IMG/VR virus record: IMGVR_UViG_3300025108_000048
Coordinates: 1-60,130 of that record
Length of the DNA: 60,130 nt
Origin: a virus
Lineage: Duplodnaviria; Caudoviricetes
Direction: 5' to 3' (one strand)
Position 1 is the stretch's first letter, and every line of letters starts with the position of its first letter. Below the pieces are notes generated by a model. It was not told the origin of the DNA. It searched no databases and saw only the letters and a list, made by a program, of their open reading frames with translations. This document shows positions 37,280 to 45,892 of the stretch, piece by piece. The position numbers and the translations under genes are program-made.

Positions 37280-37352
37280 TTTAATTATGACAATCCATAA
37301 AAATTTATTATATGATATTTATTATTAACACTAAAATACGTATACTTTAATT

Positions 37353-39644
37353 ATGAGTTTCTTAAATCAAAATAATGCGGAATTTTTATCAGCAAGACTA
37401 ACCCAAAAGGGTAGAAAATCTATTGCTGAGGGAGATTTTCAAATAAAGTTTTTTCAGGTAGGAGATTCTGAGTTCGATTATACTCAACCTTTTCACCAAT
37501 TAAATGGAGAAATAAACACACCACAACAAAGTGTTTTCGCACCTTTTGATAAAGATAGTCAAGTAAAGTACCCTTATTTAATGGATGGTAATCGTGCAAC
37601 TACTTATGGGGTACCTATTAAAGATTCCATTACTGAAACTTTAAGAAACGGAATGGGACCTGCAGGGTTTGTAACTGAATATAAAGAATATGATGAAGTT
37701 AACTGTAGTGGTACTACCATAGAATGTGCGACAGTCAGGTTACCTTTAAGTGGGGTAAGCGCAACCAATACAATAACATTTACAGAAACACAAGCGTATT
37801 TAGATTGTGATAATGGATCTACCTCTTCAATAGACACGAATTATTTATCTAGATTTAATCAATGTGAATACATCACTATTGTTTTTAATAATGAATTTGT
37901 AAGTGAAGAACAGGTTATAACGAGTAATTCAACTAGTTTAGTTTATAAAATTTTAAATATAACAACAGTAACAGGGATTACAACAACACCTAATTGTGAT
38001 GAAGTCATAACAGGTCAAACCACAATAACTGTTGATAGGTATACACCCGATTTCACGTCGATTAACGGTTATGCCGAAATTGTGTGTAATAAATGTAAAA
38101 TAGAACACCCTTTATCGGGAACTACAGCTGAGGTATGTGTCTCTAATCAAGTTGATCCGAGTGAACAACATGATCCATGGACATTAAATACCGTTTGGAA
38201 AGAATTACCTATTGGCGGACAGATTGATGATGAGAGTATAAGTGGGTATACTAGTGCTAAACACATATCCACAATGGAATACTTAGGATATGGGACTTCA
38301 AGTGGTCAGGTAACAAATACAGGAACCACTTACTTTAACTCATATGATGAAGAAATTACGGTTTCTCCTGAAGAACAAAAATGTATTGCGGTTATACATT
38401 ACTCAGAATTAGGTCACGTATTTGAAGATCCTGAAAGGTTTTTTAAGTATGATGATTATATTGGTAGTTCTACAGGAACTACGGAAGGTGTGTTGGTAGA
38501 TGAAGAAGTGGTATCGGATGTTGAATTCTTCAATATATACCTACCATTTATATATTATGAAAACAGTACAGGTACCACCGTTGGATCTGAATTCAAAATG
38601 GGTGAAACAGACTATTATTTAGATTCGACAGTTGCAGGAACACCGGGAGATATTAGAACTAGATATATTAAATTTCGTTACATACTAGATGAAATAGGTA
38701 AAAAGGTAGGTAAAGTATTTGTAGATAAAAAAATTATAGTATTTGATGATCAGGAGTTAGTTGCATTATTAGACTACAGATCAAATAGAAGATACACATT
38801 ACCAACACCAAAAGTATACCACATCCCTAGTGATGGTGTAATTGCGGAATCATGTTTTTCAGGTACAACAGAACAAACATACCATATAACATATATGTTA
38901 AGTTATGTTGATGGGAACGAATTTGAATTAAATGGTTTACCATGTAATAACTTCTCTAAGGTACAGATAAATGTGGTGGATAATGAATGTGAAATCAAAT
39001 ATCCTGCAAATATAGGTATTAAATGGGGAGGTGAAGACCATCCAAATGGAGTAGGATCTTTTCAACATATGAATACGACTTTTAGTGGATCAACTAAAGG
39101 TTATATCGCAAATAAATTATGGATTTTGGTACAAGAAACCACAAATGAGGTTAATACGATACCTGATCCAACACAATGGACTAAAATAGATATTACCGAT
39201 AAAATACCTAATCATGTTTCGGGTTTAATTGATCCAACTAAACTTAGAGACCACACTTTTGTTATTAAACAGACCGATATAGATGGGGGTAGTTTATTTG
39301 ATATAGAGGACTACCTAAAAGAATTACCAACAGGAACAGATTATATGGGAAGTTCAGACCCCTCTACCGATCCACAATTCGGTGATGAACAACCCTTCCC
39401 TGGTAGTATAAAATTAGTTAGATCTACAGACATCGAAGAGATGAGATTCTTGGTTAATTTACCACACACTCAGTGGAATTTATCACAAAACCCTACACTC
39501 GATAACGGTATAAGAAGTAATGAGGAAAGAATAACTGAAGTCGCATTACTTAACCAAAATAAAGAAACCTTAGTTACCGCTAAGACATCATCACCTATTA
39601 AGAGAACAGGATCTCAAGTAATTTCAGTAAAAATAGATTTTTAA
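37353..39644 (+). CDS. putative tail-collar / fibre attachment structural protein
   Basis: N-terminal ARLTQKGRK..F.I..FQVGD and C-terminal ITEVALLN...LVTAK...PIKR resemble a tail-collar fibre domain with a large insertion. Confidence 0.55.
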   Translation: MSFLNQNNAEFLSARLTQKGRKSIAEGDFQIKFFQVGDSEFDYTQPFHQLNGEINTPQQSVFAPFDKDSQVKYPYLMDGNRATTYGVPIKDSITETLRNGMGPAGFVTEYKEYDEVNCSGTTIECATVRLPLSGVSATNTITFTETQAYLDCDNGSTSSIDTNYLSRFNQCEYITIVFNNEFVSEEQVITSNSTSLVYKILNITTVTGITTTPNCDEVITGQTTITVDRYTPDFTSINGYAEIVCNKCKIEHPLSGTTAEVCVSNQVDPSEQHDPWTLNTVWKELPIGGQIDDESISGYTSAKHISTMEYLGYGTSSGQVTNTGTTYFNSYDEEITVSPEEQKCIAVIHYSELGHVFEDPERFFKYDDYIGSSTGTTEGVLVDEEVVSDVEFFNIYLPFIYYENSTGTTVGSEFKMGETDYYLDSTVAGTPGDIRTRYIKFRYILDEIGKKVGKVFVDKKIIVFDDQELVALLDYRSNRRYTLPTPKVYHIPSDGVIAESCFSGTTEQTYHITYMLSYVDGNEFELNGLPCNNFSKVQINVVDNECEIKYPANIGIKWGGEDHPNGVGSFQHMNTTFSGSTKGYIANKLWILVQETTNEVNTIPDPTQWTKIDITDKIPNHVSGLIDPTKLRDHTFVIKQTDIDGGSLFDIEDYLKELPTGTDYMGSSDPSTDPQFGDEQPFPGSIKLVRSTDIEEMRFLVNLPHTQWNLSQNPTLDNGIRSNEERITEVALLNQNKETLVTAKTSSPIKRTGSQVISVKIDF

Positions 39645-39693
39645 TCTTTACAATCTCCTTAAATTTGTTTATTAATTGTCTATATACATTTAT

Positions 39694-40299
39694 ATGGACA
39701 AGAAATTTAAAAACAAACCGAAAATATTAGGATTAGACATTTCTACAAAAACCATTGGCTGGGCTCTGTTTGATATAACAGGATCACATCTACTTGAGTT
39801 AACTCACTTTTCACCTAAGATAAAACCAAAACCTGAGGATAAAATAGAGGAACTACTTAAAAAGGCCGACGGGTTCAGAAAACACTTAGAAAACTATAAA
39901 GACATCGGTATTACTAAGGTTATTATCGAAGAACCACTGTTAAACTCAAACAATGTTTATACGGTTGGTACTTTACTTAGATATAATAGTATGATTCTTT
40001 TATCTTGTTTCGATGTTTTAGGTATTGTACCCACATTTATATCAACATACAACGCTAGAAAATTTGCATTCCCCGATTTAGTGGGACAGAACTCGAAAGG
40101 ACGAAACGTACTTTTTGGTGGTTATCCTAAAACTATCGATAAAAAACATGTGGTATGGGAACATGTGAATGATTTGTTTCCTGAAGTAGAATGGCCACTT
40201 GCAAGGACGGGTAATCTTAAAAAAGAAAATTACGATATGAGTGATGCCGCAACTGCGGTCATTGGTTACATAAATAAAATAAAAAGTGAAGAGAAGTAA
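39694..40299 (+). CDS. RuvC-like Holliday junction resolvase
   Basis: ILGLDISTKTIGWA, VIIEEP, YDMSDA acidic triad; start re-called to ATG 39694. Confidence 0.8.
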   Translation: MDKKFKNKPKILGLDISTKTIGWALFDITGSHLLELTHFSPKIKPKPEDKIEELLKKADGFRKHLENYKDIGITKVIIEEPLLNSNNVYTVGTLLRYNSMILLSCFDVLGIVPTFISTYNARKFAFPDLVGQNSKGRNVLFGGYPKTIDKKHVVWEHVNDLFPEVEWPLARTGNLKKENYDMSDAATAVIGYINKIKSEEK

Positions 40300-40346
40300 T
40301 ATAGGTCCTTTACTTTGTTGAATTAATTACTTATATTTATTAAAAA

Positions 40347-40421
40347 CGGGGCGTATAGGGTTTATTCTCTATACGTTGGTTGGTTGTCCCCAGGGAGTGG
40401 TGTTCCTGGGGACTTTTTTTT
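40347..40421 (+). ncRNA. candidate small RNA of about 75 nt (two hairpins)
   Basis: GC-rich intergenic island; stem 40351-40376, stem 40386-40413 plus T8; TATTTAT motif at 40334-40340. Confidence 0.4.
40386..40421 (+). terminator. strong intrinsic terminator
   Basis: GTCCCCAGGGA / TTCCTGGGGAC 11-bp stem followed by T8. Confidence 0.85.
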
Positions 40422-40448
40422 CTCATTTATTTTTCGTATATTCTAAGT

Positions 40449-41390
40449 ATGATGACCCAAGAAGTAGATTTTATACCGTTAGTCGATGTTCTCCACGATA
40501 TATTTGGTGAAAGTAGATCACATAATGATGTTAGAGGTCAGATTACGTTTGATTGTCCTGTGTGTTCTCACGATATAAAGGGTTTAGATGAGGGTGATGG
40601 TAAGGGTAACTTGGAGATAAACTATAAGATGTTTGTTTATAAATGTTGGGTTTGTTCCGAGACATATCATACACATGGTCATCTAAATAAGTTAGTTTAT
40701 AAGTACGGAAGTAAATTACAAATTAGAGATTTCAAATTATATAGTCCTGATGAGTTTGTATACCGTGCAGACAAACAATTTAAAAAATTAAGACTACCTA
40801 AAGAGTTTATAGAATTTTCTGAAGCGAGTATGGGTAGGAAATTAACTCACCATTACAAACAGGCATACAAATATCTAAGAGGTAGAAATATAAGTGATGA
40901 TATGATACAGAAGTATCGTATTGGTTATTGTGATAATGGTTTATATGAAAATAGAGTTATTATACCATCCTATGACGAGTATGATGATATCAATTATTTT
41001 GTTGCTAGGTCGTTTACAAGATACAGTAGGAGAAAATATATGAATCCTCAAGCGGATAAAGAGAGTTTGATATGGAATGAACATTTAATCGATTGGGAAA
41101 AACCAGTTTATATTGTTGAGGGTGCGTTTGATAGTTTATTTTTAGAAAATTCCATACCAATGTTAGGTAAGTTCATTACCGACAACTTATTGGAGAAGAT
41201 ATATGACAACGCAAGTAAAGTAACCATTGTTTTAGATGGAGACGCGTGGTCAGACACTAAAAAATTATACCACAGAATGAATGTGGGGAGACTCATGGGT
41301 AAGGTATGGGTAATAAAATTAGATATAGATAAAGATATTGCCGATATGGGTGGTGATTTATCAAATTATAACGAAATACAATTAGATTAA
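40449..41390 (+). CDS. DNA primase (DnaG / T4 gp61-like)
   Basis: Zn finger CPVC...CWVC, YLRGRNI, RVIIP, KYMNP, Toprim YIVEGAFD and VLDGD; start re-called to ATG 40449. Confidence 0.88.
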   Translation: MMTQEVDFIPLVDVLHDIFGESRSHNDVRGQITFDCPVCSHDIKGLDEGDGKGNLEINYKMFVYKCWVCSETYHTHGHLNKLVYKYGSKLQIRDFKLYSPDEFVYRADKQFKKLRLPKEFIEFSEASMGRKLTHHYKQAYKYLRGRNISDDMIQKYRIGYCDNGLYENRVIIPSYDEYDDINYFVARSFTRYSRRKYMNPQADKESLIWNEHLIDWEKPVYIVEGAFDSLFLENSIPMLGKFITDNLLEKIYDNASKVTIVLDGDAWSDTKKLYHRMNVGRLMGKVWVIKLDIDKDIADMGGDLSNYNEIQLD

Positions 41391-42244
41391 TGGATTTAAA
41401 TCAAGAAGCGGAGAAAATAAGGAAAATATTAAATAAAAGAAGGGATGATATAAGTTTAACTTTCATTGAGGAGGATCACTTATATTTCATGAGAGACAAT
41501 AATGGGATGATTAGGTCTAACTATCCATCAGTCTCTAAAGTAATCAAAAAATTCTATGAAGAGTTTGATTCTGAAGGTATCTCATGGAGAATGTCTAAGG
41601 GAGATAAACAAAGACAAAAAGAATTATTAAAAGAGTGGGCGGACAAGGGAACTTATGCAACCAATCAAGGGAGTAGAGTTCATTATATCTTAGAAAAGGT
41701 ACTGATTGAGGAGTACGGTGATTATAAAGATGTAAGAGAACCAATATATCAATGTGATGAGGAACAAATAGAACGAAGTAATAATATGATAGGTGCGGGA
41801 AAAGACTTTATAAAGTTAATGCACGAAAGAAATGCAGTATTACTCGATACGGAAATTGTCTTAGGTGATCCTGATTTAGGTTATGTGGGTCAACCTGATA
41901 AGGTGTGGTTAGTTGAGAATAAAGAAGGTACCGATTATGGTATTGTTATTACTGATTGGAAAACAAATAAACCTGAAAACTTTAAAAAGAAACATTACAC
42001 AAAAAAGATGTATCCACCTTTTGATAATGTAGATAGTACTGCATTAGGTCACTATTATTTACAATTACCTTTTTATGGTAGACTTCTTATGAAGATGTTA
42101 GAGGGGTCGGATTTTGAAGATAAAAAGTTGTTAGGTTGTATTATTGTTTTGGTAAAGGAAGATATGAGTTATGAGGAATATAGGGTACCTAAAGATGTCA
42201 CACATAAAATCCTTTTAATGGATATGGATAAAGTTTTAAAATAA
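41390..42244 (+). CDS. PD-(D/E)XK exonuclease
   Basis: YPSVSKVI, GSRVH, GQPDKV, ITDWKT, YYLQL..Y. Confidence 0.82.
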   Translation: MDLNQEAEKIRKILNKRRDDISLTFIEEDHLYFMRDNNGMIRSNYPSVSKVIKKFYEEFDSEGISWRMSKGDKQRQKELLKEWADKGTYATNQGSRVHYILEKVLIEEYGDYKDVREPIYQCDEEQIERSNNMIGAGKDFIKLMHERNAVLLDTEIVLGDPDLGYVGQPDKVWLVENKEGTDYGIVITDWKTNKPENFKKKHYTKKMYPPFDNVDSTALGHYYLQLPFYGRLLMKMLEGSDFEDKKLLGCIIVLVKEDMSYEEYRVPKDVTHKILLMDMDKVLK

Positions 42245-42693
42245 TGGGAAAAGGAAAGATAGGTTTTACTGCTGGTAATTTTGATTTATTACATCCGGGT
42301 TATATATATACTTTCGAGACCGCAAAACAACATTGTGATTGGTTTATTGTCTTCCTACAAAGAGATCCATCTTTACATAGAAAAAGTAAATATAAACCTG
42401 TTATCCCTCTTTACGAAAGATATAAAACTCTAATGTCTATACAATACATAGATGAAGTATTCGTATACCAAACAGAAGAAGAATTATTACAATTGATAAA
42501 TATAATTAAACCTGACATTAGAATATTAGGTGAAGATTATTTAGGTAAAGATTTTACAGGAAAAGAATTACCAATAGAAGTGATATACACAACCAGATCC
42601 CATGATTGGTCAACAACTAAAATAAAAGATCTGATTACAAAACAGACCATACAACAAAACCCAAACATATTAAACGATGGAGAAAAAATTTAA
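42244..42693 (+). CDS. cytidylyltransferase (TagD / RfaE-like)
   Basis: GNFDLLHPGY, ER motif, YIDEV, GEDY, RSHDWSTT. Confidence 0.85.
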   Translation: MGKGKIGFTAGNFDLLHPGYIYTFETAKQHCDWFIVFLQRDPSLHRKSKYKPVIPLYERYKTLMSIQYIDEVFVYQTEEELLQLINIIKPDIRILGEDYLGKDFTGKELPIEVIYTTRSHDWSTTKIKDLITKQTIQQNPNILNDGEKI

Positions 42694-43429
42694 GAAAGGA
42701 GTAATTGCGGGTAATTTTGATATTATCCATCCAGGGTATGTGCATATGTTCAAAGAATGTTTTGATCAGTGTGAGGAGTTTATAATTCTATTACATACCG
42801 ACCCATCTATTGAAAGACCTAAAGAAAAACTAAAACCAATTTTAGATATACAAGAAAGAATGAAAATTCTTTTCTCTATAAGGTTTATCTCAAATATATA
42901 TACATATACATATGAGAAGGATCTAATTGATTTACTTAAAGAAATACAACCTGATGTGAGGTTTCAAGGTGTAGACTACAAAGACCGTAAATTTACAGGT
43001 GATGAATTAGATATACCAATATCATGGATCAATAGAGACCATGGATGGTCTACCACAAAATTTAAAAAATTAATAACCGAATCAACTTACCAAACTGAAA
43101 TTAAACCTTGGGGTGAATATAAAGTGGTGTACGAAACGGATGACTGTAAAATAAAGAATATAACATTAAAACCAGAACAAAGAATGTCTTACCAATACCA
43201 CACTGAAAGACAAGAGGTGTGGACAGTTACCAAAGGAACTTTAACCATCATACTAGATGATGAAAAGATTTTTAGAGGGGTGGGTCAATCGGTTAGAATA
43301 CCTAAAGGTAGGAAACACAGAGCATGGAATGAAACTGATGAGGTTGTAGAATTTATAGAAGTGCAGACAGGGACATACTTTGGTGAAGACGATATCATTA
43401 GAATAGAAGACGATTATAAAAGAGAGTAA
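42677..43429 (+). CDS. cytidylyltransferase fused to a mannose-6-phosphate isomerase type II cupin
   Basis: GNFDIIHPGY...RDHGWSTT, then KPWGEY, SYQYHTERQEVW, KHRAWN, FIEVQTGTYFGEDDIIRIEDDY. Confidence 0.85.
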   Translation: MEKKFKKGVIAGNFDIIHPGYVHMFKECFDQCEEFIILLHTDPSIERPKEKLKPILDIQERMKILFSIRFISNIYTYTYEKDLIDLLKEIQPDVRFQGVDYKDRKFTGDELDIPISWINRDHGWSTTKFKKLITESTYQTEIKPWGEYKVVYETDDCKIKNITLKPEQRMSYQYHTERQEVWTVTKGTLTIILDDEKIFRGVGQSVRIPKGRKHRAWNETDEVVEFIEVQTGTYFGEDDIIRIEDDYKRE

Positions 43430-43430
43430 T

Positions 43431-43670
43431 ATGAAAACAGTTAAGAATAATAATGAAGATGTGAAAAGAGTCGATGACTCAACCGCACAAATGTTAGTTA
43501 ATAGTGGTTCTTGGTTTTATTGTAGTAAAGTAGAATATAAGAAAAATAGAAAATCTGTTAAGGTAAAAACTAACAACAAAACCGAAACTAAAGATATTGA
43601 AAACAGAGGTTTATCAGATAAAAAACTTAGAAGAGAAAGAAAACGAGCTAAATCAAATAGAAATGATTAA
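43431..43670 (+). CDS. small basic hypothetical protein
   Basis: 79 aa, K/R-rich, coupled to its neighbours. Confidence 0.65.
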   Translation: MKTVKNNNEDVKRVDDSTAQMLVNSGSWFYCSKVEYKKNRKSVKVKTNNKTETKDIENRGLSDKKLRRERKRAKSNRND

Positions 43671-44466
43671 AAAAATTATACATACCGCTGACATACATAT
43701 ACGTAGGACTAAGTACCACGACATGTATATTGAACAATTTGAAAAGTTTATTGAGAGTGCTAAGGAGCGCATCAAAGATTATGCGTATGATGAAGTAAGA
43801 GTGGTTATTGCGGGAGATCTCGTGCACGAGAAAATCAATATATCAAATGAACAATTAGTAATATTATCTAAATTCTTAAATGACATTACTCGTGAAATAG
43901 GTAAGGTAGTTATCATACCGGGTAATCATGATTTCTTAGAAAATAATCACGAAAGGGTTGATAGTATAACACCTGTTGTTGAAATGATGAAAAACGACAA
44001 CATTGTCTACTATAAAGATAGTGAGGTTTATAAAGACGAGAATATTAATTGGGTTGTCTACTCACTATACCAACACAATCAAAGACCTGTATTTGAAAAA
44101 GAAGACGGGTTATATGTTGGTCTTTTCCATAGTCCAATTGCGGGATTATCCACCGACACTGGTTATGAGTTTGAAGACGGATATTCTCCTTTAAATTTTA
44201 AGGACCTTGACATATTGTTATGTGGGGATATTCACAAGAGACAAGTTTTTGAATTACCTGATGGTGGGAGAGCGGTTATGGTTGGTTCATTAGTACAACA
44301 AAACTTTGGTGAAACAGTAAAACATCACGGATATGGTATTTATGATGTAGAGACCGACGACTATGAGTTCTTTGATTTAGAAAACAAACAACCATTTCTT
44401 CACTTCTCAATAAACGACATTAAAGACATTGACGATGAAAAAGAAATCCTCCTTAATATTGGATGA
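43663..44466 (+). CDS. Mre11/SbcD-like nuclease (T4 gp47-like)
   Basis: HTADIH, IAGDLVH, PGNHD, GLFH, CGDIHKRQ, GSLVQQNFGE; start re-called to ATG 43663. Confidence 0.88.
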   Translation: MIKKIIHTADIHIRRTKYHDMYIEQFEKFIESAKERIKDYAYDEVRVVIAGDLVHEKINISNEQLVILSKFLNDITREIGKVVIIPGNHDFLENNHERVDSITPVVEMMKNDNIVYYKDSEVYKDENINWVVYSLYQHNQRPVFEKEDGLYVGLFHSPIAGLSTDTGYEFEDGYSPLNFKDLDILLCGDIHKRQVFELPDGGRAVMVGSLVQQNFGETVKHHGYGIYDVETDDYEFFDLENKQPFLHFSINDIKDIDDEKEILLNIG

Positions 44467-45019
44467 TGAATTCCTTGAATACTGTGAACTAAATAAAATA
44501 GTTAAGGTAAACAAATTGGCAAAGGAAACATTTGACAGAGGATTCACTATCTTAAAATACGGTGAAACTCCTTCCTTTTTAAAAGGTAAGGAAGTCATTA
44601 AGGAGATTGAGAAAGAAGTTGTAAAAGAAATTGAAGTAATCAAAGAAGTGGAAAAACCTGTTGAGGTAATCAAAGAGGTTGAAAAGATAGTTGAAGTAGA
44701 AAAACCTATCGAGGTAATAGTAGAAAAGGAAATATACATAACTGATGACGAGCAGGTCAAACAACTTGGTGATAAAATTTCTGAATTAGAAAAAGACAAA
44801 AAAGGACTATCTAAAAAAGTCACCTCACTTGAAACAAAACTTAGAAAGAAACCTAAGAAAGTTGTAAAGGAGGTTATCAATAGTGACGAGATTGATAAAT
44901 TGAAAGAAGAGAATAAAAAACTTAAAGAGGACTTAGAAAAAATAACCTCATCTCTATCCGGCCTAAACAAAGCGAAATATATTAAAAATTCCAACCTAAA
45001 CTCATTATACGACGAGTAA
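44435..45019 (+). CDS. hypothetical protein with V/I-E-K repeats and coiled coil
   Basis: KEVIKEIEKEVVKEIEVIKEVEKPVEV... tract. Confidence 0.7.
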   Translation: MKKKSSLILDDEFLEYCELNKIVKVNKLAKETFDRGFTILKYGETPSFLKGKEVIKEIEKEVVKEIEVIKEVEKPVEVIKEVEKIVEVEKPIEVIVEKEIYITDDEQVKQLGDKISELEKDKKGLSKKVTSLETKLRKKPKKVVKEVINSDEIDKLKEENKKLKEDLEKITSSLSGLNKAKYIKNSNLNSLYDE

Positions 45020-45025
45020 ACGGGG

Positions 45026-45054
45026 TTGACTCTTAATATTAATTTACGTATCTT
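45026..45054 (+). promoter_or_regulatory. sigma70-type promoter TTGACT-N17-TATCTT
   Basis: Exact 17-nt spacing; ATG starts at 45060, only 5 nt after the -10 hexamer. Confidence 0.6.
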
Positions 45055-45059
45055 TTAGT

Positions 45060-45371
45060 ATGATAGGTTTATTAATATTTTGGAGTTTTATGGCGTATGG
45101 AATGACGACCATAATAGTATACGGATCAATATTCGAAGGTCTTCGTAATTGGATCAAGAAACACTCAAAGTTTTTCGGTGAATTAGTTAATTGTCCTCTA
45201 TGTACATCAACATGGGTGGGTTTCTTTTTATCGTTAACCTTAGGTGGTATAAGTTCACAAATTTTCTCGATTGGTTATTTTGGGATATTCTTTGACGGAT
45301 TGTTTACTGCGGGTGCTGTTTGGGCAATAAACTCTTTTGTAGAATTTTTCGAAGAAAGTAGAATAAAATAA
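45060..45371 (+). CDS. small membrane protein with CxxC (DUF1360-like)
   Basis: Hydrophobic segments flanking ELVNCPLCTSTW. Confidence 0.65.
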   Translation: MIGLLIFWSFMAYGMTTIIVYGSIFEGLRNWIKKHSKFFGELVNCPLCTSTWVGFFLSLTLGGISSQIFSIGYFGIFFDGLFTAGAVWAINSFVEFFEESRIK

Positions 45372-45379
45372 CACCATGA

Positions 45380-45892
45380 ATGTTTATACCGGGTAAATTC
45401 AATGATACTCTTATAAGGAACGAAGTGATTAAATTTTTTAAACAACGGTTTAGAATTAATTTAAAACATAATGACGTACACAATAAGATAGATCTTGTAG
45501 GTATAAACGACCCCACATTAGGTGTGGAGGTAGAACATGGGAAATGGGTTGGTAATTTTTGGGAAAATGACAATTACTCGTTAATATCTGAACAATCGTT
45601 TAGAACCGCAAACATTCCAATAAGAAAAGAGAAGTATTGGTTAGACGAATACGTTTATTATAATAAATTAAGGTCTAACCCAAGCAGTACTAAAAACATA
45701 TTTGTAAGATCTAATGCAGACTTTACACAGTTTTTAGTTATACGACCTGAAACTGTTAGAAATCCTAAAAAATTAGTCAGATCCAAGTTCAAACCTTCAA
45801 ATAGTAATGAGGTAGAAGAATGGTTGTCGTTTAAAAAAAATGACGTAGAAACCTACAATGTAAAAAATGGAAAATACTATAAAGTAAAATAG
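45380..45892 (+). CDS. hypothetical protein, possible PD-(D/E)XK fold
   Basis: KIDL...GVEVE is a weak match; inserted between sbcD and sbcC. Confidence 0.55.
   Translation: MFIPGKFNDTLIRNEVIKFFKQRFRINLKHNDVHNKIDLVGINDPTLGVEVEHGKWVGNFWENDNYSLISEQSFRTANIPIRKEKYWLDEYVYYNKLRSNPSSTKNIFVRSNADFTQFLVIRPETVRNPKKLVRSKFKPSNSNEVEEWLSFKKNDVETYNVKNGKYYKVK

Noticed and set aside
39694-40421. RuvC plus adjacent RNA as a TnpB/Cas12-like RNA-guided system
   Set aside because: The protein is a compact ~200-aa RuvC without REC/WED or Zn-finger regions, sits in a replication context, and has no transposon ends or guide array
40380-40448. N-terminal extension of primase in the ORF track
   Set aside because: It runs through the terminator hairpin; ATG 40449 follows a -10 element
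41390-42244. Cas4 assignment
   Set aside because: It lacks the Fe-S cluster Cys set and any CRISPR context, so it is called a generic PD-(D/E)XK nuclease
44407-44994. 195-aa minus-strand ORF
   Set aside because: It is the antisense shadow of the VEK-repeat gene
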